From contig JAHRHZ010000054.1 in assembly GCA_024137785.1 (NCBI GenBank), positions 3,718,493 to 3,782,492 of the forward strand: a stretch of DNA of 64,000 nucleotides. Reading direction: 5' to 3'. Made by a program: the position numbers and the translations under genes. The notes beneath the pieces were generated by a model, which saw only the letters and a list, made by a program, of their open reading frames with translations, had not been told where the DNA came from and searched no databases. Source of the DNA: Ginglymostoma cirratum (taxonomy: Eukaryota). Position 1 is the stretch's first letter. Each line of letters opens with the position of its first letter. Positions 26,681-38,750 of the stretch are shown here, piece after piece.

Positions 26681-28220
26681 TTTCCTGCTCCTCTGATGCT
26701 GCTCGGCCTGCTGTGTTCATCCAGCTCCACAATGTTTTATCTCAGATTCTCCAGCATCAGCAGTTCCTATTATCTATGCATTACAGTTAGTTGGGGAAGA
26801 TGAAAGATTGAGAAAGAAACAAACTCCATGCAAGTAAAAAACTTTTTAGCTGGATTTCTGGAATGGAAACCAAATTACATGGGGGTTTTGCGTAATTGGG
26901 AACAGAATTAGAAGTCAGAAGCAGTTGGATGGCTCTGTGCAGTCAGAAAGAACTCTGGACAAAGTTCAGAGTTAGTAAACAGCTAATTGATAGAATTAAG
27001 CCTCAAAAAATGTCTTGGGAGCTGTGGTAGCTCATAGGAAGCTATGCGCAATTAATAGTTCAGGCGGCAGAATGAGGTGCGAAGGAAATCCACAAGCAAT
27101 ATTTGCTTTGTGCAACTGAGCAAGATCAGATCTCAGGAAAAAGCCAGTGGCATTATTAGATTGGCGAATCTAGCTGTCTATAAAAAAGAAACGCTCAAGA
27201 TGAGCCCGACAGTAAGTGTTGCAATTCAGTGTTCAGAATCCAGGGAGTACAGACTCAGAAAAAGATCAGTAATTGTGACAATCCATGACAGAGCTGGATC
27301 AAAAGTGAAAAATCGTAATCCCGTAAGAAATTTTAATTTATTGTAACTTCCTACAGAAGAGAAATGGAAAAAAGAAAAAGATGAGAAGAGAAGGTATGCA
27401 GATTTCACTAAAATCTGAAGGGAGTAGAGGGGCAGGTTACAGAGAAATTCACGGGAACAGGTTTGACCACATTTGCTGTTTGATGTGTTCTGTGAATGTT
27501 CAACGATTGTTTGTCTATTACCATTTACACATCATACTAAGATCAGACATTAGAATACAAATTATAATTAGCTTTGAACAGTCTACACTTCTTTGTAATT
27601 AATTTTTACGTTTGATTAAGTTTTACTTATAATAACTTGTTATTCTTTGCTGATTAAATAGGCCTGACTAACCTGTTTCATACTAAATACTTACCATCTG
27701 AAACCCTATAAATGGCCATATCATAGCTTGGTTAAATTAAAAGAACTGACAAGATCTGTGGAGCAGTGGGACTACAAAGGGATCAGTGCATCTCTCTAGA
27801 CTTGGTTATAACTGCCTATAGACAGATCAGAAGGTAGTTTTTCAATACATGCAATATTAATCTATATAACTCAGAAGATCCCAGATACAATTTCTGCTAT
27901 TTGCCAAGTTAACTTGATGATGATAATGGTAAAGATCACAAAAGAACTTCTGGGATCTGAATCAGAAAACTGCTGCAACTCAGCGAGCATCAAATCCTTC
28001 AGAAGAGGAATGGCAAAAAGGAAAGTTATGCAGGTGAAACTCAGAAATAAAGAAAAACTTAGACTTGGGTGTTTCACTCCGTCAATATGTAGCACCTTTT
28101 AAAAACACTGCATGTTCAACAGAATACTTTGATATTGTATTGTTTGAAGCAACAGGATGAAAGAACAACGATCAACTGAAGGAAACTCAAGTCAAAGGAA
28201 TATGTTGTTCACTTCCTCAC

Positions 28221-28359
28221 CTTGTCTTGGAGCATGTGCTTCCTCTGCTGTCTCATTTTCCGCACAATCTGAGGCACATCAGGGATTCCATTACCAGCCT
28301 CTACTTCTTGTACAGCAGCATAGACAAGACAGAAAGCACCGGTCCTTCTAACTCCAGAG
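28221..28359 (-). CDS. PTPN23: PTPN23 exon (~e23), SGVRRTGAFCLVYAAVQEVEAGNGIPDVPQIVRKMRQQRKHMLQDK
   Basis: ttttag|CTCT...CAAG|gtgagg; 139 bp. Confidence 0.95.
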
Positions 28360-29146
28360 CTAAAAGAATCAATATTAGAAATTTATTTTTGGTGTGTTGG
28401 TTATCTAACAAACACAAAGTCAAAATTTAAGGGTCTAAAAAAAGTGACACCCAACTATCAAATTTTACATGCTTAATGCTTTCACCCTACACAAGGGTCA
28501 CAGACATAGATCAAGCTAAGGTTGAGAGATCTTACCAACCATTTCCAAAGTGGACTTAGGGGCACATATGACGTTTAATCAAACCAACCTAGGCTTCTCT
28601 TTTATTTTAAAAAGGGATCTGGTCCTAGGACGTAGCCTGAAGTAAAACGGATATCCACATTTCAGGCAGTGCTCTCAAGCCTGTGCTGCCATTTAACTAT
28701 ATTGCTAGTAATTCCTATTTCAACACTTACAGGTCTTTTCCCTTCGATGCCCATGCCTGAAAAAAAAAATTGATTGTTGTCTTCAAAATTTCAACTGTCC
28801 AAAGTATTCACAACCTTTTGGGGAAGAGATCTCCCTGATTCTTTCAGTGAATAAGTGCCACCATGTTTTACTCCTAAATAGTCCACCTCTAATTTTAAGA
28901 TCTTCCCTCTCATTTTGGATTACTGCACCAACTGCTGATGTTAAGACACACAGCAGCCATTTACCTAACCCTGCATCCATAAAGCCCTAGTTATTTGCAG
29001 CAAATATACAAGCAAATGGTTTCCTAGACCACATCAGAGAGTGTGTGTCAATCATGTTGGTGCAGGAATGGCTCTTAAATTCTTCTGCACAGTATTCCAC
29101 CCAATCAATCATGCTCCATGCTCATGAAGTCAGTAATCAAGAATAC

Positions 29147-29251
29147 CTGCAATGCACAACAATTGGTGTATGAAGTGGACGCTGATGCAGGTAGTGCCCA
29201 TGTACCTCTTGAATAAAACGCAGTAGATTACTTTTACTGTCTGGCAAACCC
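29147..29251 (-). CDS. PTPN23: PTPN23 exon (~e22), GLPDSKSNLLRFIQEVHGHYLHQRPLHTPIVVHC(S)
   Basis: ttgtag|GGGT...GCAG|gtattc; 105 bp; catalytic Cys. Confidence 0.95.
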
Positions 29252-29773
29252 CTACAAAAAGAAAATAAAAAGCATCATTTCAGGCTTATTATTTCCACTG
29301 AAGTTTCGGATTTTACAAGATATGCATCAAAGACAAAAAAAAAAATTCAGTTCAGAATGTAACGTAGTATACCACACGCAAATCAATGCAGCTTAAAAGG
29401 GGTGCAATGGAGGTGAGGCCCGGTTTCATGGATGCCAGCAAACATTCAGTATCCCACTCATATTTCAAGACAAGGTAATGTGTATTGACAATCCACTGAT
29501 GGCACAGTTAAATGTAGCATTCCCAAGTGCACATTCTCCACCAGTACATGATTAAGTGCCATTTGAATTTACCAACCATTGTTCATAGTGGGAGGGGTGT
29601 TATGGGTATCTGCAATCAATAAATGACTGTTCCAGCTATGGTCAAACAACTCAGCATTAACCAGCAGTGAAACAGGGAACTTTTCCAATTTGCATGATGG
29701 GGTGAACATGGTTCATTCTAGATATTTTAAACATTCAATTAATGTATGAACTATAAACAAATAGAACACTTAC

Positions 29774-29958
29774 AGTTCAGGCCATGATGTAAACTGTAAG
29801 TGAATGATCGTTCGCTTCAGGCTCTGGTCTCTATATTGCAGACCGATCATCCGCTCCACGTGAGTCTGTGTTATTTTCTGTGTTGTCAGGGTCAAAGTGA
29901 TAGGCCCATGCACTATTTGCTGGCCTCGCTCTGTAGGGAAGTAACGGATTACCTTTTG
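29774..29958 (-). CDS. PTPN23: PTPN23 exon (~e21), QKVIRYFPTERGQ...HLQFTSWPE(L)
   Basis: ttacag|CAA...AACT|gtaagt; 185 bp; WPE variant of the WPD loop. Confidence 0.95.
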
Positions 29959-31099
29959 CTGTAACAGGAGGAGATAGAATAATATATTGAGAGACATGTC
30001 ACTCAAAATCATTTTCTCCTCGTAAGTTATATCTCTATTAATTCCATATTCAGGACCTTAATCCAAAAACGTTAATTCCAAGGGGTTCTCTGAAAAATAT
30101 TTTAATGCAATGCACCTATACACTGCAGAGAAGTAGAGCTGGATCCAATTAGCTACCATGAGATTCTGATTTCAAACATTCCATTGTAGTTGGATAGATG
30201 ACCATAAAAAAATGAAGGCACAGAATTTAATGACCCCAATTATTTTATCAAATAAGTTTCGAAGATCCTTTTCACACTGTGAAGATCTAAAAGTTGTTTG
30301 ATCACAGCTAAATCCAATCCTCAGTTCATCTTGCATCTAGTATCAGCAATAAGTTATTAATTTAAAAACCAGGAGAAGGAACAAGGATCCGTCTCCTCTT
30401 CTCTAACCCAAAGACACAATGTCAATTTTAGAATCCATTAACACTGCCCAGCTAAAATCAGCTAGGATTTGAGAGTGGGAATCAAACCTCTCAATTGTGT
30501 TAGGTTAATAGGGTTCACCTAATCCATGACGTGGTGAGCCAAAAGGTGAACACCAAAGCGATATTTAATTCGCAGAACTCCATAGCACAATATTGCCCAA
30601 AATTTGCATTTTCCAAAAAGGCCACAAAATTGGTTAGTTTAAACAATACTACTTTGTACAGTAGTGGAGGAGACTTCTCTGAAAATGCCAATGTCTTTAT
30701 TAATACTGAAAGGAGGTTTAGTGTCCTAGGAGCTAAGAACTGTACTATTGGCCACAAATGATGATGGTGGTGAAAAAAAACAAAGCAAACCAACCTTCTT
30801 ATGCTGTTAATTATGCTCAGTGAAGCACTTTTGTTGTTGAGGTAGAACATAAGATAAATGGCTCTTGGGAACTTGGATGTTGCAGCCTCCAGAGTTCATA
30901 ATTAAACCCTTCATTGGTGCAAAAACAGAGTATTGGGAAGCCAGAGATGTCCACCCACAATTTCAACAGATCTTTTTGACAACTGGACAAGGGACACTGT
31001 CTCTGACATAACTTGACAAGTGGAGGACATGAACAACTGAATGAGAATAAAAATACCTAGACATACGAAAAGGATCTTTAACATTAGAGTGTCAGCCAT

Positions 31100-31390
31100 A
31101 CTTGGTAGAATTCTTGCTTCAGAGTCATGAGGCTCTTGTTCAAAGTTCCACTCCACAGTGTGAGCTCAAAAACCAAGGGTGGCACTCCAATGCAGTACTA
31201 AGGGACTGCTGCACTAGTGGAGGTGCTCACCTTTGGATGAGACACTACAAACAGAGGCCCAATCTGCCTACTCAGTTGAATGCGTAAATGGTACGCCACT
31301 AGTTGAAGAATTGCCAGTGAGTAAAACCTGTAGAGTCCTGGCCAACATTTATTCCTCATCAGTGAAACAGTTTATTTGGTCATGATCATA
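31100..31390 (+). mobile_element. Deu-domain SINE (SacSINE1/AmnSINE1-like), degenerate
   Basis: gctgcactagtggaggtgctcacctttggatgagacac...gaggcccaatctgcctactcag...gtcctggccaacatttattcctca resembles the Deu-domain core. Confidence 0.65.
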
Positions 31391-32426
31391 CAGCAAGCTT
31401 TGTTTTAACCAGCACCTTATGAACTGGCGGTCTCTAAACTGGCAAAACGTATATGCCTGAAATACTGGAAGTTTACTTATTATCATGATCTTCGCAATGT
31501 CCAAGTAGTCAGTTGAGGGTGTGAATAAGAAAGCTCTCTGCCGGTAAGTTTTAATTAAGGCAAAGCTGCATTATTATACAAGTGATTTATGTTCTAAAGT
31601 GTAACAGTAATGTATATACCCTCTGCATTATGTTTTATTACTTAGTATGTTTTTACATTGGTTATGTGGACCTCTTGATCAATTGGTACATTCCTGGCCC
31701 CATCAGTGCCAGTCAATAAAAGGTTTGGTGTATTGCTGTTTGTTGGAGTTGGCTGTGCACAAATTAGCTGCTGGTTCCTACAGTGCAACGACTGGCTATA
31801 AAACAAAGACTACCTGGTGGCCACAGGAGCACAAATCTTTCTTTTTCTTTCCCTATTACATTAATCAGCATTATTAAAACAAAAAAAACAATATCAAGAA
31901 GGGGTCCAATTTGAATCAAACTTGTCCATCCAATTATGTTACTAGTGCTTAAGGAAACAATGAATCATAGCCAATTAAAACTTCAATGTATTTACTAGCT
32001 CTATTGTAATAAAATGAAGAATTTTACTGCTTAAGTGTGTAGTTCATCTACTTATGGATTATATTAAAACCCAAAGGATACTTATGATTGCGTGTTCAAA
32101 TAGGTACGTGGGTAAATAAATTTGAGCACTTGCCTCAGGCAAATAAATGAAAGATTACCTAGCCCGAACTATCTTTATTCTTTGAATCAAAGACATTCTC
32201 CAGAGTTTTGAGGCATGTTAGCAAATACCCACTGCAACAGTATACAAGGTGCAGAGTGCAAAATAATATTAGCAGTGAGCCTTAGCTATTTGGATGCATA
32301 CACCAGGCATAAAAAGCAGAAACAAAACACTCCTTGCCCCAAAGCATGTTTTTTATCCTCAATCAGTACTAACTTACTCATTAACCTTGTTAAAAATCAA
32401 ACCAAATATCCATCATTAGGACATAC

Positions 32427-34944
32427 CTTTTCTACTTCCTGTTCAGAGACCAGCATAACCACGAGTGACACTTTTTGCTCATAAATCATTAGCCAGAAGT
32501 CTGCTGCGGTTCCCACCAATGGAGCCTGTGTAGCAATGATTCTTGGACAGTAAGAGGATAAATCCTCAATCATACTAGCATTGATGTAGTCGTCTTTTCC
32601 TGATTGGATTATAATCCTATTTTTGTCATAAGGCATGATATCTTGATGACGATTTTTCATGGTGTAACAGCGAGCAACAGCAATTGACAACTGTCTGACA
32701 TCTTTTTCTTGAGCATCCTGCAAGTCCTTCCATTTACAATCCAATTCAGTCAAGGTTCCATATGAGGGCCTGTCCATGGAGTCAACAACAGTCTTAAAGC
32801 TTTCCAATTCTGTCAACAACTTTCTTACATGCTCTGGCTTCTCATATGGATCTTTCTCTATGATTTGAATTCCCTTTGGTTTCTGCCCTTCCTTCGAGTC
32901 GACTTTGGTAGGCAGGAGAAGAGGCTGAGTCACTGTAGTCTGGGGCCCTCCATGCTGGCTATCTGGGCTGGATGACAAAAGATCGTCGGTTGAAGAGTTT
33001 TGCCTCTGAAAAGGTACTTCAGAAACAGGTGCTGTTGCTCCAGGTGTAAGAGATGGTGGCGGTCTCTGCTGTAAGACCGTAGATCCAGCCATTGCAGTGG
33101 GCAATAATGCAGCAGGAAGAGTACCAACCTGCCCTTGTGGAGGCTGTGGGGAAGGAGCTGGTGCAGGTGGCAGTGGGGATCCAGATACAATAGCACTAGC
33201 TGGCATCTGGCCAACCGTTGAACTCTGCACAGGTTGAATTGAATGTGCAGCATGATGACCTGCTGAGACAGGCTGAGGTCCTCCAACTTGATTTGGTAAA
33301 ATTGCAGATTGTGGCCCAGCATGCAGATGAGGTGGTGGAGAGGAGAATGGCATGGACGAGCCCCCTTGAGCTGAGGATCCAGGCAGCAACGTCATTGGTT
33401 GTGACTCTGAAGTAGATGCTACTGTATGACATTTTTGAGACTGTGGAACCACTGCAGCAGGAATGTTCTGGCCTGGTTGAAGGTTACTTGGATTGCCTGG
33501 AAAAACAACGTTGCCTGCATGAGGTAGAATCCCTGGTGCAGCAGCTTTATCTTGAGCAGGATGCTGATACAGATGAGGTCTTAAGTGTGGTTGCATCTCA
33601 GACTGAGGCGGTGCCGAAAGTGGGACTGGAGAATGGGGTGGAATCTGCGCAGTATTTTGAGGTCTTGGTTGAGGCTGCAACTGTGGTCTTGCCTGTGGGA
33701 AAAACTGAGCTTGATAAGGTTGCTGAGTATGTATTTGAGGCCTAATGTGAAGTTCCTGGTTTGGGTGCACCTGATTTGGTTGCTGGAACATATGCTGTGG
33801 CCCAGGGGCAGTACAAGCAAATGATGGCACATTCGAGAACTGGGACTGGGATGGCTGGCTGAATGAGTGACCACCAGGATGATACGGATATTGGCCAATT
33901 GCCCTCATTGCAGGTCCAGAGGGGACACCAGCTGCACCTGGTAAAGGCATACTGGGCTGCTGTCTCATTCTCACATCATAGATTGGCGGTCTATTAAGCT
34001 GTCCGCTCACTGACTGTGGATCTGGTGTAAAGCTTGAAATTGGAGTCTGTATACTATCCACTGTAGTAGTTGAAGTATTTGGTTGTGGTACAATATTTCC
34101 TCCTGGTATCTGACTACAGAATTGTCCAGGATAGGCAAGTGTAGGCCCAACAGACGGAGGTGGTGTATGCAAACCAGTGTTAACCGGTACAGTTGAAGAA
34201 ACTTGTTGACCCAATCCATAAGATGCAGTAGGACCAACAGCACTGGGATGACCCATTGAAGAGGGAACAGGCATGGAATTTGGCAAGTGCTGTGGTGAAG
34301 TCCCTCTTGGAGCTAAATGGCCAGCTGTAAAACGGGGCTGAGCTGGAACGGGATCTCTAATCATGGTAACTGCAGGATAGGATGGAGGAGGTGGTGACGA
34401 TGCAGAGATATGTCGAGGGAGTACTGGGCAGGACACAGATGGACCCATCCTTTGGGTTGGTAGACCAGATGTACCACTAACTGAAGGAGGCCCTGAATGA
34501 CTGATTCCCATGTAAGGCCCTTGGGCAATCCCAGCAGTTGAACCTGGTGGTGGGATCACTCCCGCATGAAAATATGGATGTGCATGACGAGTTGTTGAAG
34601 CAGGGTCCGGAAACTGTTGAACATGTAACGGTGGCTGTTGCAGTGCACTAGTAGTCCTACAAGCTGCAAAAGCCTCTGGCTCCGAATGTCTCATTCTCGG
34701 AAAAACAACAGGCTCTGTGGGATATGCTCCAATGCTATCTACAGACATTCCATTTATGTGTGCTGCTAAAGTATTTGGTGGTAAGCTTTTTAATTCATTG
34801 GGAAGATCATTAAAAGCAAGAGCTGCATTAAAAGTACGTATATCTATATCTTCGATACTGGATAAAGAATCAAGTTCTGCATCAGAAGTTTTCTGCAGAG
34901 GTTTTGGTGCTGTTGGTCTTGGTGGCGGCTTCTTTTTCATTTCC
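32427..34944 (-). CDS. PTPN23: PTPN23 large exon (~e20): proline/His-rich domain plus start of the PTP domain
   Basis: tttcag|GGAAATG...AAAG|gtatgt; 2518 bp; ORF 32397..35087; KKKPPPRPTAPKP, DDLLSSSPDSQHGG, KNRHQDIMPYD, DYINAS, IATQAP. Confidence 0.96.
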
Positions 34945-35259
34945 CTGAAAAGTAAGTAAATTTGGTGACGTTTTACACCATTATAGTGAAATGTTGTGCT
35001 TTGTCCAAGTATATTATGCACATCATTTATCATTAACTGGTCTTCACAGCAATCAGAGAAACTGCTAATGGAAAAATATTGCACCAAGAAACATTAGCCT
35101 AGCCAAACATCCCAACTCTATGGAGCAACAAAGTCTTGTACAAGCCTTCCTTGCCACACTGAAGAAATACCAAACGCAAAATCCTATACTATAGAATTTG
35201 CTTCTGAGTTTACAGAACAAGAAACGCCAAGAATTCCATAGACTACTGACACAAAAAAA

Positions 35260-36480
35260 ATTTCTCCTCATTCCTTTCTTAAAAAGGAATCCTCATTTTT
35301 AATCTACATCCCCTACAAGGAGGAAGATGTCCTGGTACCCATTTTATCAAGTCCCTTCAGGATCTTAATGCATCAATAAAATCACTTTCACTCATCTAAC
35401 ATCTGTAAACCTTTTTCTCAGATAAAGCTAAATACATCGTACACAGTGCTCTAAGGACTCCAGATGCGGTCTTAAGATCCTGTAAAGCTTCAGTAAATTT
35501 TTTTTTCCCTCCCTGAAGAAGGGTCCCGACCTGAAACGTCAACTTTCCTGCTCCTCTGATGCTGCCTGGCCTGCTGTGCTCCTCCAGCTCCGCACTGTTA
35601 TCTCTGACTCCAGCATCTGCTGTTCTTACTATCTTCCAGTAAAACATTCCTACTTTCATAATCCATTCTTTTGCAATAAACACCAACATTCCATCTGCCT
35701 TCCTAATCACTTACTGTACCTACTTTTGCAATCATGCAACTGGACACTCAGATACCTCTGTACCACTGGCAATGCAATTTCTCTCCAATCAAACAGTATC
35801 CTGCTTTTCTATTCTTCTTCACAAGTGAATAACTTCAAATTTTTCCACATTATACTCATCTGCCAATATCTGCCCACTCCGTTACCCTAGCTATATTCCT
35901 TTGTGGACCCTTCATCTCTTTTTGGCAACTTATCTTCTTACATAAACTTCCTTACATATGGTTCCCTTATTTAAATCATTGATATTAACTGTAAATAGTC
36001 AAGGCCCCATCATTCTGACCGATATCCAACCGATATCGCTTGCCAACCTGAAAAAAACCAATGTATCTCTATCCTCTGCTTCCTGTAGGCTAACAATTCC
36101 CTTATCCATGCTAATATGTTAGCTCTTACACCAAGTGCTCTAATCTTTCACAGAGACTCCACCTTTGACACCTTATCAAATGCCTTGTTAAAATTAAAGT
36201 ACATCACATCCATTGGTTCCCATTTACCTACTTTGCTTGCTATTTATTTCAAATAACTCTAATAAGTTACTTAAACATGATTCTGCTTTCACAAAACCAT
36301 GTTGGACTCTGCCTGATAGAATGATTTTCTAAGCATCTTACTATAAAAATATAGAAAATAGAAGATGGCCATTCAGCCCTTCAAGCCAGTTCCAACATTC
36401 AGTATGACCATGGCTGATCACCCAACTCAGTACCATTTTCCACTTCACCTCATACCCTTTGATCCCTTTAGCCTGAAGAA
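35260..36480 (-). mobile_element. Degenerate CR1-like LINE fragments (interrupted at 35513)
   Basis: ORF 35396..35710 begins IRKADGMLVFIAK; RT remnants caccttatcaaatgcctt. Confidence 0.7.
35513..35633 (+). mobile_element. Penelope-like short element (same subfamily as 26650) nested in a CR1 fragment
   Basis: CTGAAGAAGGGTCCCGACCTGAAACGTCaactttcctgctcctctgatgctgcctggcc..., collinear with 26650-26775. Confidence 0.8.
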
Positions 36481-37039
36481 ATATATCTTACCTAATTGAC
36501 TAAGGATTCTAGCCTGTTCTCTATGAAAGATGATAAGCTAATTAGCCAATAGTTTCCTATTCTGTCTTCTTGCTTGAATAAACTTATCACTTACAATATT
36601 TTAATGAGTGGAATTAATTTTTCCTCAATTTAAAGGACAGAGTCTACCTTCAGGAAGGAGGTATCACAAGAGAAATCCATCAAATGTGGACACATTTCAA
36701 ATTAGATGCTATCCTGTTTAGGTGAGTGTTAAATCTCTAACCATGTAATGTCAGGGTTGATATTTTGATATGTGGGTTTAATTGTTCAAAGATCTAACTA
36801 ATGATCTATGAAGAAAATACTGAGAAATCTGACCTAAGAACTGTCAAACCAGTAACAAAGTGAAATGATAAAAGTTGGTCTGATAGGCAGTCTGAAAGCT
36901 GATCAGTTAGTCATAACAGTCATCATAAAATAGACCAAGAAGATTCTGCCCAACAAATTTGTTTCACGTTTTTGAAGATTTGAAACAGTAGGTTGCAACA
37001 CTATTGGAGAAAACAAATTTTGAGAGTAAATTTGCAAGT

Positions 37040-38750
37040 AAATTTTCCAAGACAGATATCAAGAGCTTATTAAAACCATAGTGAACAGAAGCTCCTTCGA
37101 GAATGAGGGTGCGCAATTAATAATGGGGAAACCAGGAAACAGCACAGGAATTGAATAAATGCTTTACATCAGTCTTCATAGCAGAAGGCACTATTAGCAT
37201 TCCAAAATTCCTAAATATTCAAGGGGCTAAAGGAGGAAAGGAAATAAATGCAATAACTAATCACCGGAAATAAAGCACTAGGGAAACTCATGGGACTAAA
37301 CACCAACAAAAATCCCAGATCCTGATGTGATGCATCCTAGGATATTAAAGGAAGTAGCTACACAGATAGTTGATGCACTGGTAGCAATTTCCCAGGAATC
37401 CTTAAGATTCTGAATAAGTCCCAGCGAATTGGAAAACTGCCACATACCACCTTTATGTAATAAGGGAAATAGACAAAAAAAAAGGTAACTATAGGTCAGG
37501 TGGTTTTGTCAGTGTTACTGGGGAAATGTTAGGGTCTATTACAAAGCATTTAGAAATATATAACATGATAAAGCAGAGTCAGCATGGCTTTATAAGAGGG
37601 AAAGCATGCCAGAGAAATTAACAAAGGAATTAACAAGCAGGATTGATGAAGGGAAGCGGTGGATGCAAGAGATTTGAACTTTCAGAAGACATTTGTAAGT
37701 CACCACATATTAGGCTACCGAATAAGATAAAAGCCCATGGTTTCGAAGGCAGTATATTAGCATGGATAAAGGATTGGGTAACCACAAGACGAAAGAGTGA
37801 GTGAGGGGGTCATTTTCAGGACGATAACCTGTAACTAGTAATGTGCCACAAGGATCAATGCTGAGGCCAAAATCATTGTATATATGAGAAAAATGAATGT
37901 AAACCTGAAAAGTGAATTTAGCCAGGTTTGCTGTTGACACAAAAATGTTTGCCTTTATTTCAAAGGGAATAGAATATAAAAGTAGGGAATATAGAAGTAA
38001 AAAACCCAAAGAACTACAGATCCTAGAAATCAGAAATGACAACAGAAATTGCTGGAAAAACCTCAACAGGTCTGGCAGCATCTTTGGAGAGAAAGCAGAG
38101 TTAATGTTTTGGATCTGATGACCCTTCTTCACATGGGTCACCAGACTCTAAACGTTAACTTTGATAAAAGTGGGGAAGATTTGCTAAAAAGAAAAATAAG
38201 AAACTTAGTCAGATTACAACTTGAATGCTGTGAACAGTTTTCTTATCTAAGGAAAGATATGCTGCAATGGAGATGAGCAGTTCCAAGAAGGTTCACTAGG
38301 CTGGTATCAGATATGGAATGACTGTCTTATGAGAAGACAGTGAGTAAATTGGGCCTGTACTTTATGGAATATAGCAGAATGACAGGCAACCTTACTGAAA
38401 CATACAAGATATTTAAAGGGCTTAACAGGGTAGAGTGGAATTGTTGCTGCCCCTTGTGGCAGAGTCTAGGATCAGTGGATGTCATCTCAGAATAAGGGGT
38501 TGTATATTTAAAACAGAGATGAGAAGAAATTTCTTCTCATCTAAGGGTTGTGAATTTGTGGAATTTTTCACTGCAGCGGGGGTTGAGGTTGGGTCAGTAA
38601 ATGGATTCAAGCTGAGATAGTAAGGGTATAGGGTTATATGGAAAAGTCAGGAAAATGGAGTTGAGGATTATCAGATCAGCCACGATCTTACTGAAGCAGA
38701 CTTGATGGGCTGAATGGCTTCCTTCTGTTCCTACATTTTATGGTCTTATG
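37040..38750 (+). mobile_element. CR1-clade LINE (RT region to 3' tail), degenerate
   Basis: RT remnants (gatgtgatgcatcctaggatattaaagg; cagcatggcttt; gtgccacaaggatcaatgctg); 3' tail gggctgaatggcttccttctgttcc. Confidence 0.85.
37995..38163 (-). mobile_element. Penelope-like short element with partial inverted arm, nested in a CR1 LINE
   Basis: Reverse-complement copy of the 670-type body; near-TSD ataaaagt(a/g)gggaa at 37976-37989 and 38164-38177. Confidence 0.7.

Larger units (their letters stand above)
26007..26775 (+). mobile_element. Penelope-like fold-back element (second subfamily) with 14-bp TSD and captured host DNA in its loop; spans the assembly gap
   Basis: TSD atgcattacagtta at 25993-26006 and 26776-26789; arm 26007-26094 is the reverse complement of ~26650-26737 (2 mismatches); 37-nt tail. 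Confidence 0.85.

Noticed and set aside
26100-26790. ORFs of 151-223 aa
   Set aside because: Artefacts of translating through the N run and the hairpin element
32930-34959. Multiple alternative-frame and antisense ORFs (e.g. 32930..33322, 33416..33745, 34717..34959)
   Set aside because: Shadows of the low-complexity PTPN23 exon with no recognisable domains
34945-35087. N-terminal 47 aa of ORF 32397..35087 as part of a stand-alone 896-aa gene
   Set aside because: Intronic read-through upstream of the acceptor at 34945; the ORF is an internal PTPN23 exon
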